Positions 28,071 to 42,195 of a stretch of 64,000 nt of DNA are shown here, one piece after another. This DNA is from Eledone cirrhosa. Taxonomy: Eukaryota. Position 1 is the stretch's first letter. Every line of letters begins with the position of its first letter. The stretch lies in assembly GCA_964016885.1 (NCBI GenBank), contig OZ024753.1, positions 43,958,001 through 44,022,000 of the forward strand. Direction: 5' to 3'. The translations under genes and the position numbers were made by a program. The notes under the pieces were generated by a model. That model was not told the origin of the DNA. It did not search any database and was given only the letters and a program-made list of their open reading frames with translations.

Positions 28071-28494
28071 TATTTATGAAAATACAATTAATACTAAAAG
28101 TAAAAATGACAAATAAGGATGAAATCAAAAGATCTATATTAAGATTAAGATTAACCCTTCAGCATTTAAACCAGCTATATCCGGTCAGAATTCTCTCACC
28201 TCTTTCTGTTCAAACTGACTGTAACTGGCTACAACTGGTTGCTTATACTTATTTTAAGGCATTGTTCTCAAAATAAATAATATCAAAATCTCGTAGATTC
28301 GATATTATGTGAGATAAAGTATTTACCATAGAAATATAATAGAATATGTAGCTCCAATATAACAATTTATAGTTTTCGCAGTACTAACAATACATTTATA
28401 TATATAAGGTTTTCCTTTTGATAATGTCCTTTCAGGGGGCAATTGTCAGGTACTCTGCGGATACACTCGGAATTAACAACTTTTCTTTTAGTGG

Positions 28495-28726
28495 ATCATC
28501 ATCATCACCATCATCACCACCACCATCATCATCATCATCATCATCATCATAACCATCATCATCACCATCATCACCACCACCATCATCACCACCATCATCA
28601 TCACCACCATCATCATCACCATCATCATCATCATCATCATCATAACCATCATCATCACCATCATCATCACCACCTTCACCATCACCACCATCATCATCAT
28701 AACCATCACCACCATCATCATCACCA
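28495..28726. repeat. (CAT/CAC)n tract
   Basis: Poly-His ORF artefact. Confidence 0.95.
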
Positions 28727-30009
28727 TTTAGCGTCCATTTGGATACAGTAGATTATTTATCTTGGTAGGTAGACCTATTTAGAATAGAATTAAAATCTAT
28801 ATTTGCTTTCGAATCTATATTTACTATTTTAGGTTTCTTATTTAAATTAGTGAATGGACCAGACAGAGTTTCCTGTGCCCCTTGTAGTGTCTTACTGATT
28901 GGTGTACTTAGTGTTAAATTGATGTTTTTTTCACTTTGATTGTATATTATATTTATAAGGTTCCATGAATTCTATTTTTATGTGAAACATAATGATTATA
29001 ATATCTTACCTTTGTTAATAAATTGATCTCATACACCGAAAGGAATAAAAAAGAAAAGATTCTATGCTAACATTTTTTAGTTTTGCCAATGTTAGAATTA
29101 TCAACATAGTTATACATTTTTCTACAGTTACTAAAGAATAGAAAGTCTGCTAAGTTTGGTATAGTTGAGAAAGTTTAACAGCGTTTTTATTAATAACCTT
29201 ATGGGGTCTACAGTCAGGAAGGAAATTCTTATGAATGAAATAAAAAAGATAGTTTAGGTATATTCGATGCTACTTGGACCCCATATGAGGCGTTATACCA
29301 AATATTTTTTCGTCTTTATTTCATATTAACGTGTGGTTGATATATATTTTTATCATTAAAAAGAATGTTATATTTAATAGTGTGTAGCTCAGGATCAATA
29401 ATATATCCAACTTATGAATGATTTTATTTATATTGAAAATATATCTATTTATCCTCTATGAGAAGTGGAAGAACTAATGAGTCAAATAGAGGGATTATTG
29501 TTCGATACTGGTTTATAATCCTGTAAATAAATCTAGGGGTTCTAGGTTTATAAGGTTCTGTGTATTTCTATAGATTTAACTAATAATATTATTAGTGTTA
29601 ACATTTTTATAGCTACTTTTAAGCCCGTTGTAAATGCAAGTTTTCTAAGATTTGATATCCATATTATTCAGGTTTTGTTTTAATGGTATATGCAATTTAT
29701 TCAGTTTTCTTAAATTCATTATTGTGAAATCTAATACTTCTCGGAAATAATTTCTCTAGAATGTATGTATTTTAAATTTAATGTTCTTTATCATATGCAT
29801 TAAATCCTCTCTCCCCATCGCTCTCTTTCTCTCCCTCACTTTTCTCTTTATATATATATATATTTACAGTTCTAGTCCTGTAGAAGGCATTTCTATAATG
29901 AAATTAATTATACCTATATCTTACTAATCTATTGAATACTTTTTTTAACAGTGGTCACCTCCCAATTTACATCGAAATTCTACACATATATGTGTGAGTA
30001 TATACAAAT

Positions 30010-30080
30010 ATATTAATTCATTTTATTAAGGCTAAATAGTGGGTCTTGTTACTCTGGAGTTTCGCCTGTTTATCACAGGT
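30010..30080 (-). mobile_element. Truncated hammerhead island (3' half only)
   Basis: CCTGT gataa ACAGG c GAAAC tccaga GTA...agccttAATAAAatgaa. Same family as 32828-32878; tails at 8555-8625 and 48405-48448. Confidence 0.7.
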
Positions 30081-30741
30081 TCTATTTTCAAAATGATTTG
30101 AAAATTTACGGCAATGTCTTTCATTAGAAATATGTTAATGAAAGGATTAAATGATCCATTTTTCTACAAGAATTTTGGTGAAATTATTGCTTTTTAATGC
30201 AGAAAATGTGACCATTATACGAAGCCAACAAATAGAAACACAAGAGTTCATTCCGAAGACGAATAAAAGATAATAAAATAAAATAAAACAGAATAAAATA
30301 GTTTGTTGAAGGATAAAAATAGAGTAGTGTTATTTTTTTTTTTGATTCAAAGAATGAAGATTTGTATAGTGATAATATTTCTTTAGGAAAAGAACAAGCA
30401 GAATAATATTGAAGATAATAATAATTAGGTGCAAAATAATGATGATGAAGTTAACTTGAGAAGTAGAGCAAAGAAGAAAACAGAAAAATAAGACATAAAG
30501 GAACACAATCAATAAGATGTGAACAACAGAATCAATAACAAAACCTAATAATCACCATCGGAATAATCAATAATAATAACAGTAATATAATAGTTGATTA
30601 TTGAACAGATAGTGAAAACTAATTCCTGAGAGAATTACAAGACTAAAAGAGTTGTTAGACAAAATGTTTGAATAGTAAAGAAACATTAGAATTGGTTATG
30701 AGTTTGGAACACTTCCAATGTATTGTTTAGTTTGGAATAAT

Positions 30742-31140
30742 CTTAACCCTTTATCATTTAAACTGCCCGTATCTGGCCAGAATTCTCTCACCTCTTTCTG
30801 TTCAAACCAGCAATAACTAGCTGCTCATGCTGATGTTAAGGTATTGTTCTCAAAATAAAAAATATCAAAATTTCATAGATTAGATATTATGTTAGAGAAT
30901 GAAATACACTCTCTATGTCTTTAACCCTTTCATTACCATATTTCTAATGAAAGACACTACTTATGTCATTAACCCTTTTATTACCATATTTCTAATGAGA
31001 GACACTACTTATGTCATTAACCCTTTCATTACCATATTTCTAATGAAAGACACTACTTATGTCATTAACCCTTTTATTACCATATTTCTAATGAGAGACA
31101 CTGTCTGGTTTTAAAATCATTTTGAAAATAATCAAGAAAT
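30742..31140 (+). mobile_element. piggyBac-like MITE pieces with a 48-bp tandem array of a TTAACCC terminus
   Basis: ttaaccctttcattaccatatttctaatgaaagacactacttatgtca x4 at 30921-31105. Confidence 0.75.
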
Positions 31141-31536
31141 TGGAGTGATTTAGTAATATAGCTAACTTTCTCATTATTAAGTAGGTTTTTGGAGTATAGC
31201 TTAACAAAGGAGGTTATATAAAATTACAACAGAATGTATTTAGATAAATATAAACAGTTTAAAATAAACAGCAAAGTTTATCACAGTTGGATAAAAACTA
31301 CAACGATGCATTTGCAAAGAAAACTTAACCATATGCATATACTTACATCTGGTTTAGAATTATGTTTAGATATGTTGATATCCTACACACACACATATAT
31401 ATACATGTATATATATTTGTATATATGTATATATATCTGTTTTTGTGCCTCTCCTTTGTTCTCTCCTACGCCATCTTGTTTGAGATGGCGTAAGACAGAA
31501 CAAAGGAGAGGTACAAAAACAAAGAGAAGAATCCCA

Positions 31537-31579
31537 GTCACTGAAGAGGTCACAGAATGTGTGACGAAAGAACTTTGAC
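31537..31579 (+). ncRNA. Hammerhead motif
   Basis: gtca CTGAAGA g GTCACA gaatg TGTGAC GAAAG aa CTT tgac; preceded by an 84-bp palindrome at 31438-31521. Confidence 0.88.
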
Positions 31580-31725
31580 AATATATAAACAACCATCTGG
31601 TTGTGGAACCTACCAACCAACTGGAAATTTATAAATTCCTAAATTTATAAATTTATTATAATAAATTGAAGTGAAAGCAACTGGTGCGTGTGTTTCTTAT
31701 TGGCAACATGACCCTCCCAAAGTAT

Positions 31726-31776
<51 letters not shown>

Positions 31777-32176
31777 GTGTATGTGAAGACATATATAAAT
31801 ATATATATACAATAATCATATAATCATATGGTTAGCCTCACTGCCGAAGAAAAATATTTTTTGGTAACAAAAGTTATATCTATATCTATAGATAGATATA
31901 ATATGTGTTTGTGTGTGTTTGTGTAACATGTTATTATTTCAAGAAAATTACATTATTTTCTCTTTGTGACAATAATTTTTCTACTTGACTAAACACTATT
32001 GGAAATTTCATGCACTTAAACAATCTTATCCATATTTTGTGTAATTAAATATAGTTAATGTTTAATCTATAGCACTTGAGAAATTGCAAGTAGCTTTAAG
32101 AAAACATATTTCTTCTATTGATATATACAGAAACTCAATGAGAATTAACCACCACTAAACACACACACATATATAT

Positions 32177-32272
<96 letters not shown>

Positions 32273-32873
32273 ATGATGAGAAAAATATCATGTATAGAGA
32301 AAATAAATGTTTATACATATATTTCTTTGTTACTAACATGTACTTTAACAATTTATAATACATTATTGAAAACAAAGCATTCACATATAATTTTGAAAAA
32401 ATAAAATGCAATTCAGCAGAATTTTCAAAATGGAAGTATTGGGGTAATATTTCGAAGAAAATTCTAATTACTTGTTTAAAATTGAAATTAGTTCAGGAAT
32501 ATTTTCAAAGTGCATCTTAGTTAACACTTCAATATCTATCTACACAGTATTTTCCACGATTCACATACTCTTATCTTTGAAGTAGCATATTAAAAAATAT
32601 AAAGAGAAATAAAATACCGAATGATATGAAATAAATATTGTAATATATATCGTAAAATATTGCAAAATATCGTAAAATTCTAAATTAACTCCGAAGCAGG
32701 CAAAAAGAATTATGGTCGTCTTTTTCTATATTTGAACATATCTCATACCTCTGTGTGTGAGTGTATGTGTATGTGTGTCTAGATATATATGCGCGCATGC
32801 ACACACACACGCAAACACACACATATACATTTTATTAAGGCTGTGATAAACAGGTGAAACTCCAGAGTAACAC

Positions 32874-32926
<53 letters not shown>

Positions 32927-33000
32927 ATATGTACAAAATACTATTATTTTGTCAATTGAGATGTGACCTTTTTATTATATATTGTTGAAACATATCTAGT

Positions 33001-33220
33001 GAAGGTGTGTGGCTGAGTGGTTAGAGAATTGGATTCACAATGTTGAGGTTGTGAGTTTGATTCCTGGACCGGGCGATGCGTTATATCCTTGAGCAAGACA
33101 CTTTATTTCATGTTGCTCCTTCTACCTGGAGTTGTGACCAATAAGATAGTACTAGCACCTGCAAAGACCGACGAAAACATTGTTTCCTTGGTCCGATTTG
33201 ACGAAAGTCGATCGAACCTT
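33001..33220 (+). mobile_element. CORE-type SINE, second family
   Basis: tggctgagtgg A box, gagtttgattcc B box, ccttgagcaagacactttatttca core. Confidence 0.85.
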
Positions 33221-34719
33221 TTATATATATATATATCATCATCATTATCTTCCTCGCCGTTTAACATTCATTTTTCCATGTTAGCATGGGTCAGATGAGT
33301 TGTCCTGTTGTGAGAAATGCCAGGTCAGGTGATTTGGGCCTGATTTGGGCTTGTTTTCTTCAGCAGAAAATATCTAATAAAATGTTTGTTAATTCAAATG
33401 CTTCTAATATCTTTATTAGTGAAGAGATTTCTCTAAATGTTTACAGCATTAAAGACTTTAATATGTAGTGTGATGCATCATAATATGGTTTAGTAGTGCA
33501 CCAAAAGTTGTACACAATAATTTCATTATTATTATTATTATAAAGTATTTTTCTATTTGGAACAGGACATAAAGTTTCTGTTAGTAAACAGAAACTTAAT
33601 TATATTACTACATCCCTCGAAATTCTTGATTATTTTCAAAATTACTTAAAACATATTGGTTATTTCTTTCATTAAAAATATTAGCTATGAAAGGGTTAAA
33701 TATAAATTAAAACTCGACATCAATCAGTACCGAAGAAACTAATTGATAATGTAAACTTAGTTTTTGGCTAATAGTAGGTAGTAAAAGTCAGTATATGTAA
33801 CTAAGGAACTAATATATAATTGGTTTTTAACTGAATCAACAAAAACACCCTCCTCTGCCACTGTAAATATTTAACCAAAATATCTGCAAAGTAATTGCTG
33901 TTTGCCTTTGTGGGCAAGATCATCAAGTAAACGACACACACAGTAACAGTACAGATACAGAAATATATCCCAAATGAATATAGTTTTAGATGTTTTGATA
34001 TACGCAGCACAGAAATTATATTTAGTTTATAGTTTTGGTAAAAAAGAAAAAAAAGAAATACTTGATGAATCAGACAAAATGAGATATCGGCAAACAGTTG
34101 TTTTAGCATCAAATTAAATAGTTTTGCATGGCAAATAATCAAAACTCATCTAAGTCAACTTAGATGTTTCTCTACCAAATGAAATAAAAATGAAGCTTAA
34201 TGGTGATAGTGAGAGAGGTTTTCAGATGGTTTTTGGCAATCTGTTCAATAGTTGAAGAAAAAAAAAATGAAATGTTAATCCCAAGAAACAACTTAAGATC
34301 ATAAATCGTCGAAGTCCTGGCTGCTTTTCAATATATTTATCATTGAACCTGTAGCTGGGGACTTTTCTGGTATCGTGGGTCTTCTCACTTATTGTAATGA
34401 GGATGGTGTTGGTCACCTACAAACTAGGCTGGCCCTTTCAGTACATCTACCTCATTATTCTCTCGGTCAACACCTTTGTAATTGTGACCCAGTGTCTCTA
34501 ACCTTTATTCTATCTACTCCAGTTCATCTCATGATGTCCTAATATCTCTATCAGCTATTCTATCTAGTCTAGTGCACCTCGTAGTTTTCCATGTGTCTTA
34601 GCCACTCATTCTGTACATTAATGGATCATTGTTGCTTCACCTTTTACAAATGAAGGTGAGATGGGACATCACATCTACATATAATCAAGCAAAAGCTATG
34701 CAGTTTATCCTTGTTAAAT

Positions 34720-35330
34720 CTTCACCATACCATCAACAGAAGACCACAGATTTTAAAACTGGTTGTAACTAGTTAGATTTAGAACTGATATCGAAAACCA
34801 TCACTATACCATCGACTAACACCAAAGATATTGAAACTGATTGTAACTAGCTCAGTTTAGAAATGAATTCAAAACCACCACCTATACCATCGACAAAGAC
34901 CACAGATATTGAAACTGGTTGATCCCATTGACTAACACCACATATATATAATTTGGTTGTAACTAGTTAGGTTTCAAATTGATTTCAAAAAACTTCATCA
35001 TACCATCAACAAAGCCTACAGGTATTCAGACTGGTTGTAACCAGCTAAGTTTAAAACTGATTTCAAAACCACCACTGCCCATACCATCAACAAAGACCAC
35101 AGATATTTAAACTGGTTATAACTAATTTGGTTTCAAACTGATTTCAAAACCACCACAGATATTTAAACTGGTTATAACTAACTAGTTTGGTTTCAAACTG
35201 ATTTCAAAATCACCACCACGGTCCATACCATCAACAAAGACCACATATATTTAAACTGCTTATAACTAGTTTGATTTCAAATCCACCACCGCCATACCAT
35301 CAACAAAGACCACATATATTTAGGCTGGTT
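34720..35330. repeat. Degenerate ~70-bp tandem repeat
   Basis: ataccatcaacaaagaccacagatatttaaactggttataactag recurs about 8 times. Confidence 0.85.
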
Positions 35331-35924
35331 GTCATGATCACCTGAAAATCTTGTCTTGTGTGTGGATTAGCTGTTAGACAAGAAAGATGAGCTCAAGTAA
35401 ACAAAAATCTTACAATCTCCAACTTATACGCTTGACTAAGTAAATCAAAATATGTACATTTATACAGCAGTGAAATGTTCATAAATATCTGTGATACGTC
35501 ATTAGAATTTCACAGTAGCCATCACATACATTTTTATTATTAACTTTCAGGTTTTTCTATACCTTTCTTTCTTTCCTTCTTTCTTTTTTCTTTCTTTTTC
35601 TTTCTTCTTTTCTTTCTTTTTCTTTCTTCTTTTCTTTCTTTTCTTTCTTTTTCTTTCTAATTCTTTTGTTTGTTTGTTTCTTTATTTTTTACTTCTCTTT
35701 CTCTATTTCTTTCTTTCCTTCCTTTTTACTTTTTCCTTATTTTTCTTTATTTTCTTTCTCTCTGTCTTTCTTTTTTCCTTCTCTTTAATTTTAATCTTCT
35801 TCATACATTTTCTTTCATATTTTATTTAGTTTCTCTATTTTGCCTGTCAGCCTGTCTGTCTCTCTGTCTGTCTGTCTGTCTCTTTCTCTCTCTATGTCTG
35901 TCTGTCTGTCTGTCTCTCTCTCTT

Positions 35925-35957
<33 letters not shown>

Positions 35958-36109
35958 CTCTGCTCCCTCTCACTCATTTTTCTCATTCTCTTTATTTCCT
36001 TTTCTCTTCCCTTCCTCCTCTCTCTATTCTCTGATTTATTTTCCTTACTCTTCTCCTATCCATTCTCTCTCTCTCTCTCTCTCTCTCCAACTCATTTGCA
36101 TATCTTAAT

Positions 36110-36306
36110 CGGTAGAGCAGCAGGCAACATACTTTGTGGTATATAGTTACGTTCCTTTACATTCTGAGTTTAAATCCTGCCAAGGTTAGCTTTACTTTTC
36201 ATTCTTAGAAGGTCGATAAAATAAAGTACCAGTCACACACTGGGGTCAATTTAATCGACCTTTCCTTCCCCCAAATTGCTGGCCTTGTGCCTAAATCAGA
36301 CACCAT
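36110..36306 (+). mobile_element. Meta-type SINE
   Basis: gagtttaaatcc B box; ggtcgataaaataaagtaccagt core. Confidence 0.8.
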
Positions 36307-36409
36307 TGTTGTTGTTGTTGTTATGGTTTTTTCTCTCTTTAGAAAGAAAACAATGACAACAGAAATAATGACTTTTATATTACAACTGAATGAATAGATA
36401 AAACTGAGA

Positions 36410-37107
36410 TGAAATACACATACACACACACACTCACATACACACACACACACACACACGTACATACACACACGTACATACACACACACACATACACGTA
36501 CATACACACACACACATACATACACACACTTACACACACTCACACGTACATACAGACACACTCACATACACACACACGTACATACACACACTTACACACA
36601 CTCACACGTACATACAGACACGCACTCACATACACACACACGTACATACACACACACACACACACACATACACACACACACTCACGTACACACACACGTA
36701 CATACAGACACACACTCACATACACACACACGTACATACACACACACATACACACACACTCACATACACACACACACACTCACATACACACGTACATACA
36801 CACACGTACACACATGTACTCACGCATATATATATATATGCATATACAAATACATGTGTATATATATATATATATATATATGAACATATATGTATACACA
36901 CGCACACAAATACATATACAAATGCATATGTATATACATATACATACATATATATATACATATTTACAAATATATATATATATATACAAATACACACACA
37001 CACATATATATACATATATACAAATACACACACACACATATATATACATATATACAAATACACACACACACATTTATATATACATATATATACAAATACA
37101 CACACAC

Positions 37108-37176
<69 letters not shown>

Positions 37177-37755
37177 TAAGGAACTAAAAATGTAAAAAAA
37201 ACACTTAAATTACTTGCTTTTCTTTTCTGTTGACTTTTGTCTCCTTGTCTGTCTTTGTTTAAAGAAATGTTGTTACTACTACTACTACTGCTATTACTAC
37301 TACTACTACTACTTCTACCACCACCAACACCACCACATCCACCACCAACACCACCATCACATCCACCATCACCAACACCACCACATCCACCAACAACACC
37401 ACCATCACATCCACCACCATCACATCCACCACCACCAACACCACCACATCCACCAACAACACCACCACCACCATCACATCCACCACCAACAACACCACGA
37501 CCACCATCACATCCACCACCACCACCATCACATCCACCACCACCATCACATCCACCAACAACAACACCACCACCACCATCACATCCACCACCAACAACAC
37601 CACCACCACCACCAACAACAACAATACCACCACCACCACGAACAAAAGCAACATCAACAACAGCAGCAATATCAAAACTACCATTATCCAGAACAACATT
37701 ACCACCACCACCACCACCAGCAACAACAACAACCAACAACAACAACAACCAACAC
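36410..37755. repeat. (CA)/(TA) then (ACC/AAC) simple repeats
   Basis: Direct reading. Confidence 0.95.
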
Positions 37756-38376
37756 CAAACAAACACAAGAAAATGCTATTTTGAATGTTATTGTTATTAT
37801 CAAGGCAATATAATTCTTTGAACTGTTGTGGAAACTTGAAAAGTTAAAATAACCAATTAAGAAGAAGAAGAAGAGTCAAACAAATAATTATATAAAAGAT
37901 CACCAAGAAGAAATTAAAGTTGCTAATGAGACTCTTGAAAAGCTGATAAAATTGAGGGAATAAATTCCATATTAAGCTAATTTTGCAATGATTAAAGTGT
38001 TTTTCTCCTGATTATTGATAATTTGTTAATAACTATAAGAATGAAATTGTTACAATTGATGAACAGAACTACAATGACAACAATAACAGCAACAACAACA
38101 ATTGTCTTTTGGGTGAATCATGTGAGAGAGATTGTTCTCATATATCTACATACACATATCTCCCTCTTTTTCTCACCCTCTCACCCTCTCTTTCATCCCT
38201 CTCTCTCTCTCTGTCTCTCTGTCACTCTTTCTCTATCACCCCCCTCTCTCTCTCTATATATATATATATGTATGTATATATATATCAATTTTGAGTATAT
38301 GTTGGTCGTTTACCGAGTATTGACAGAGTAAAACACTTCAACAACGTGTGTACCTGTCTCTACCACAACAATTCGG

Positions 38377-38431
38377 ACTGCCTGAAGAGGTCACAGCCAA
38401 GGATGGCTGTCACCGAAATATATATAGCAGT
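38377..38431 (+). ncRNA. Type I hammerhead ribozyme, canonical core
   Basis: actgc CTGAAGA GGT c ACAGCCA agga TGGCTGT c ACC GAAATATATATA gcagt; AATAAA at 38440-38445. Confidence 0.92.
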
Positions 38432-38673
38432 ACATCTTTAATAAACAAAGCCAAATTTTAAATATTTGACTTAATTATTTTATTTTATTTTATTTTATAT
38501 ATATGTTGTTATTATTGTTGTTGTACCCTCCATATAATGACCTAATTATCCTTGCTTTTTTTCGTTCATTTCCAGGTAATGTCTTCATGAACCAAAGTAT
38601 CGTCTTCCTGTCTTCCTCCAGTTGCAACGTTTTTCGAAATATTTATTCTGCGTCCACAGATTGATTTTTTTTT

Positions 38674-38724
38674 AGTTTCAGAAGATCCCGTTAAGGTTGA
38701 AAGCAGCGATTCTTTGCTTAAACT
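38674..38724 (+). ncRNA. Hammerhead motif, variant core CAGAAGA
   Basis: agttt CAGAAGA tcccgttaaggtt GAAAGCA...TGCT T aaact; AATAAA at ~38740; the tail is split by (TA)n. Confidence 0.65.
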
Positions 38725-38757
38725 TTAATCTGTTATTTTAATAAATATTTGCTCTAC

Positions 38758-38819
<62 letters not shown>

Positions 38820-39019
38820 AATATATATATAATCCTTATCGAGCCCTCTTCGGATTTTAGTCTTCACATTTATTATTACTATGTGTTTATATATATATCA
38901 TCCACTTTTCTCAGTTTTGCAAAAGATGTCAACATGAATGGACCTGTTATTTTTATCTAAAGACATTTTTTCCAATTCCAACCCGCCCGTCCTTTCAATC
39001 TATCTTATTTTTCATTCTT

Positions 39020-39055
39020 TCTTCTGATGAAGGACTAGCGTCCGAAACGTTAAGA
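39020..39055 (+). ncRNA. Minimal hammerhead with palindromic stem III
   Basis: tctt CTGATGA a GGAC tagc GTCC GAAAC GTT aaga. Confidence 0.9.
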
Positions 39056-39407
39056 CCCTCTTCCTGCTATATCAAGTGTTAACCTAATATATCCCTTCCA
39101 TATACTGTACCGATTGTGTTATTTCTGTTTACCTTTTACATACATATATATATATATATATATTAACTAATTTTAACTTATATAAACTTACACACATGCA
39201 TACACACACACAGAGGATGTAAATTGATGTCTAAAAATAACTTAGTGATCTTGACTTCCATTAGACTGTTTGGTATGAAGAAGACAAAGCATTAACATTT
39301 CTGCAGAACACTAAATCTTCCTCCATTACACTGCAATAGATTTTGTGTAAATTTCTTTAAAGTATATTTTGAAAAAAAAAGATTTTTTATCATCATTATT
39401 ATTATTA

Positions 39408-39445
<38 letters not shown>

Positions 39446-39921
39446 AACATTTTTATTCACTTTATTTTGTGGGGGTTGATTTTTCAATTAATTTTTTTGT
39501 TATTTCATTGATGTACCATGCTGGTCAGTAAATGTCTAGAAAGGTGTATGTAGTCGAGGTAGAATACGTTGTTGAAGAATAGGTTTTATAGCCTAGGAAC
39601 CAACTAGACATAGAGGGAAACAAAGCAAGCCAAGATTTATAAGTAACTATATATATATATATATATATATATGTGTCTGTGTGTGCCTGTGTATTTCTTT
39701 TTTTCCATTTATATTGTTAATTTTCATTGTCACCTAATGGAATACAGAGTTCCGTTCAATTTTGCTCTTAACTCTATTTTTAGTATAAAATTTATGCCTA
39801 AATGTTATGATAATAAAAGCTTAATCCTTTCACAGCCTCCATTCATTAGAGCTGGGTGGTGAATACAGCTAGACAGTGTTATTGCCAAACAAAAGGTAGA
39901 GACTACTGTTAATTGTGCTAT

Positions 39922-40053
39922 AGATATAGCAACCTCTATAGTGTTGATGCTATAATATAATGGACCCAGTACAGACTGTGGTTGTGGATATAGCAACCTC
40001 TATAGTGTTGGTGCTATAATATAATGGACCCAGTACAGACTGTGGTTGTGGAT
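39922..40053. repeat. 63-bp tandem duplication
   Basis: gatatagcaacctctatagtgttg...cagactgtggttgtg x2. Confidence 0.9.
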
Positions 40054-40343
40054 ATGAAGAGCATGCAGTTGTAGAAACCACGTGAAAGAAAGGACAGTGC
40101 AGATTCTTCAGTTGAATGAAGGACATTAAAACCTCTCCAACCAGTTTGACCTTCAGTATATAAATATAGCAGTTATGCTGGGTGGGACACTTATGTTTCA
40201 TAAGGCTGTGATCTAAAACAAGTGGAAATGTGAAAGATATTAGAGTGTATGGCCAGTTTTCTGTTATAAATATATCTAGCTCTTAACATCCTAAAATAAT
40301 TTAGCAGACCATTTACAAAATTATTTGAAAATCATAAGCAGTG

Positions 40344-40399
<56 letters not shown>

Positions 40400-41404
40400 A
40401 TCATCATCATCATCATCATACGTCCGCTTTTCCCTACTTGCAACGATGGGACATAACCTATTCAGCACAGCATCTCTCCACTTGTCACGGTCCTTCTTCT
40501 CCTCATGTGAGTAATGACAACTGTCAGAAAGATATTGCCCTTCATATTCAATTATATTATTATACACTCCCCAAATGTATATACATACATACACATATAT
40601 ATATATATATATGTGTGTATATATATGTGTGATACACTCCCCAAATGTATATCTTCAGGAAATAATTATCCTTTTTAATTAACCAATGAATTTTTTTTTT
40701 TAATATTCAAAATTAAATGAAATTTTTTTTAATGATAATGAAACAATTATGAGAGATTCCTTGGAAATGTTATCATTTTTCGTTTTAATGTTTTGTTCAC
40801 AAATGATAATTATCTAGTTTTTTCCCAGTAATTTGACATAAAATTTGTTATTCATTTTTTGTTGTTGTTGTTTTATACCTAATTTATTTCGTAATTCTAA
40901 TTATAGAAATAGGACCAATTAAAATTTTGATAGTTATCTCTTATGGCAGTCAAATTACATTTATAGTGTTTTTTTTTCCACTTTTGTTTTATATATACTG
41001 GCAGTCACATAATACATAAAGATACAACCAAAATACTTAAAGACAAATACAGTAAAATTTGTGTTAAAAAACATTTCAGACATTAATATTATCATCACTT
41101 AAGGGCAGTAAGAGAACAGAAACTCAACACTGTGTCAATCAAATGATATCAACATTGCAGTATTTGTTTCAGACTGTTTTAAATGAGAGCCCTTCGTTCT
41201 ACATTACTTTAGTTTCATAATAATATTAATAATAATGAAATTATTGTGTTCAGTGCTCAGGTGCACTACAACTCATCAAAGGTAGAGCTTGGGACTTCAA
41301 TGTGGGGAATATATTATGTATATGTAATACTGCAAGCCAGTATATTTTCTTAATGTGTGGCATGGCAATATTTTTGGTGGAGCTTAGGACTTCACTCTGG
41401 GGAA

Positions 41405-42195
41405 TAATGATAATGAAATTATTATGTACAGTTCTCAGGTGCACTACAACTCCTCAAAGGTGCATGTATAGTACATAGAATAATATACAAATGTCAGGGA
41501 AGGGAATAGTGTAGGAGTTATGATATACATGTGTGCGTGTGTTTGGAGGGGGAATATTAGGTGTAGTATTGTCGAATCTCAGGAAGCATGGAGGTTTTAA
41601 AGGATGCAGTACTCGACAGCTAATAACTGATACAGGTAGGTTGTTCCATGGAGGTTTCAAAGGATGCAGTACTCGACAGCTAATAACTGATACAGGCAGT
41701 TTATTCCATGGAGGTTTTAAAGGATGTAGTGTCTCGACAGTTAACAACTGATGCAGGGAGTTTGTTCCATGGTGTTTTAAATGATGCACTGTCTCGACAG
41801 CTAACAACTGATGCAGGTAGTTTGTTCCATGGAGGTTTTAAATGATGCAGTGTCTCGACAGCTAACAACTGATGCAGGTAGTTTGTTCCATGGAGGTTTT
41901 AAAGTATGCAGTGTTTCGACAGCTAACAACTGATGCAGGTAGGTTGTTCCATGGAGGTTTTAAATGATGCAGTGTCTCGACAGCTAACAACTGATGCAGG
42001 TAGTTTGTTCCATGGAGGTTTTAAATGATGCAGTATCTTGACAGCTAACAACTGATGCAGGTAGTTTGTTCCATGGAGGTTTCAAAGGATGCAGTGTCTC
42101 GACAGCTAACAACTGATGCAGGGAGTTTGTTCCATGGAGGTTTTAAAGGATGCAGTGTCTCGACAGCTAACAACTGATGCAGGTAGTTTGTTCCA
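41405..42195 (-). mobile_element. CR1-like LINE 3' end with a 60/61-bp unit amplified ~10x
   Basis: Minus strand unit encodes WNKLPASVVSCRDTASFKTS, then MLPEIRQYYT*, a 3'UTR and an (ATT)n tail. The same tail occurs at ~14393, 33490 and 41228. Confidence 0.85.

Noticed and set aside
38555-38665. Possible host exon (ttccag/gtaatg)
   Set aside because: No open frame or recognisable peptide; sits between TE islands.
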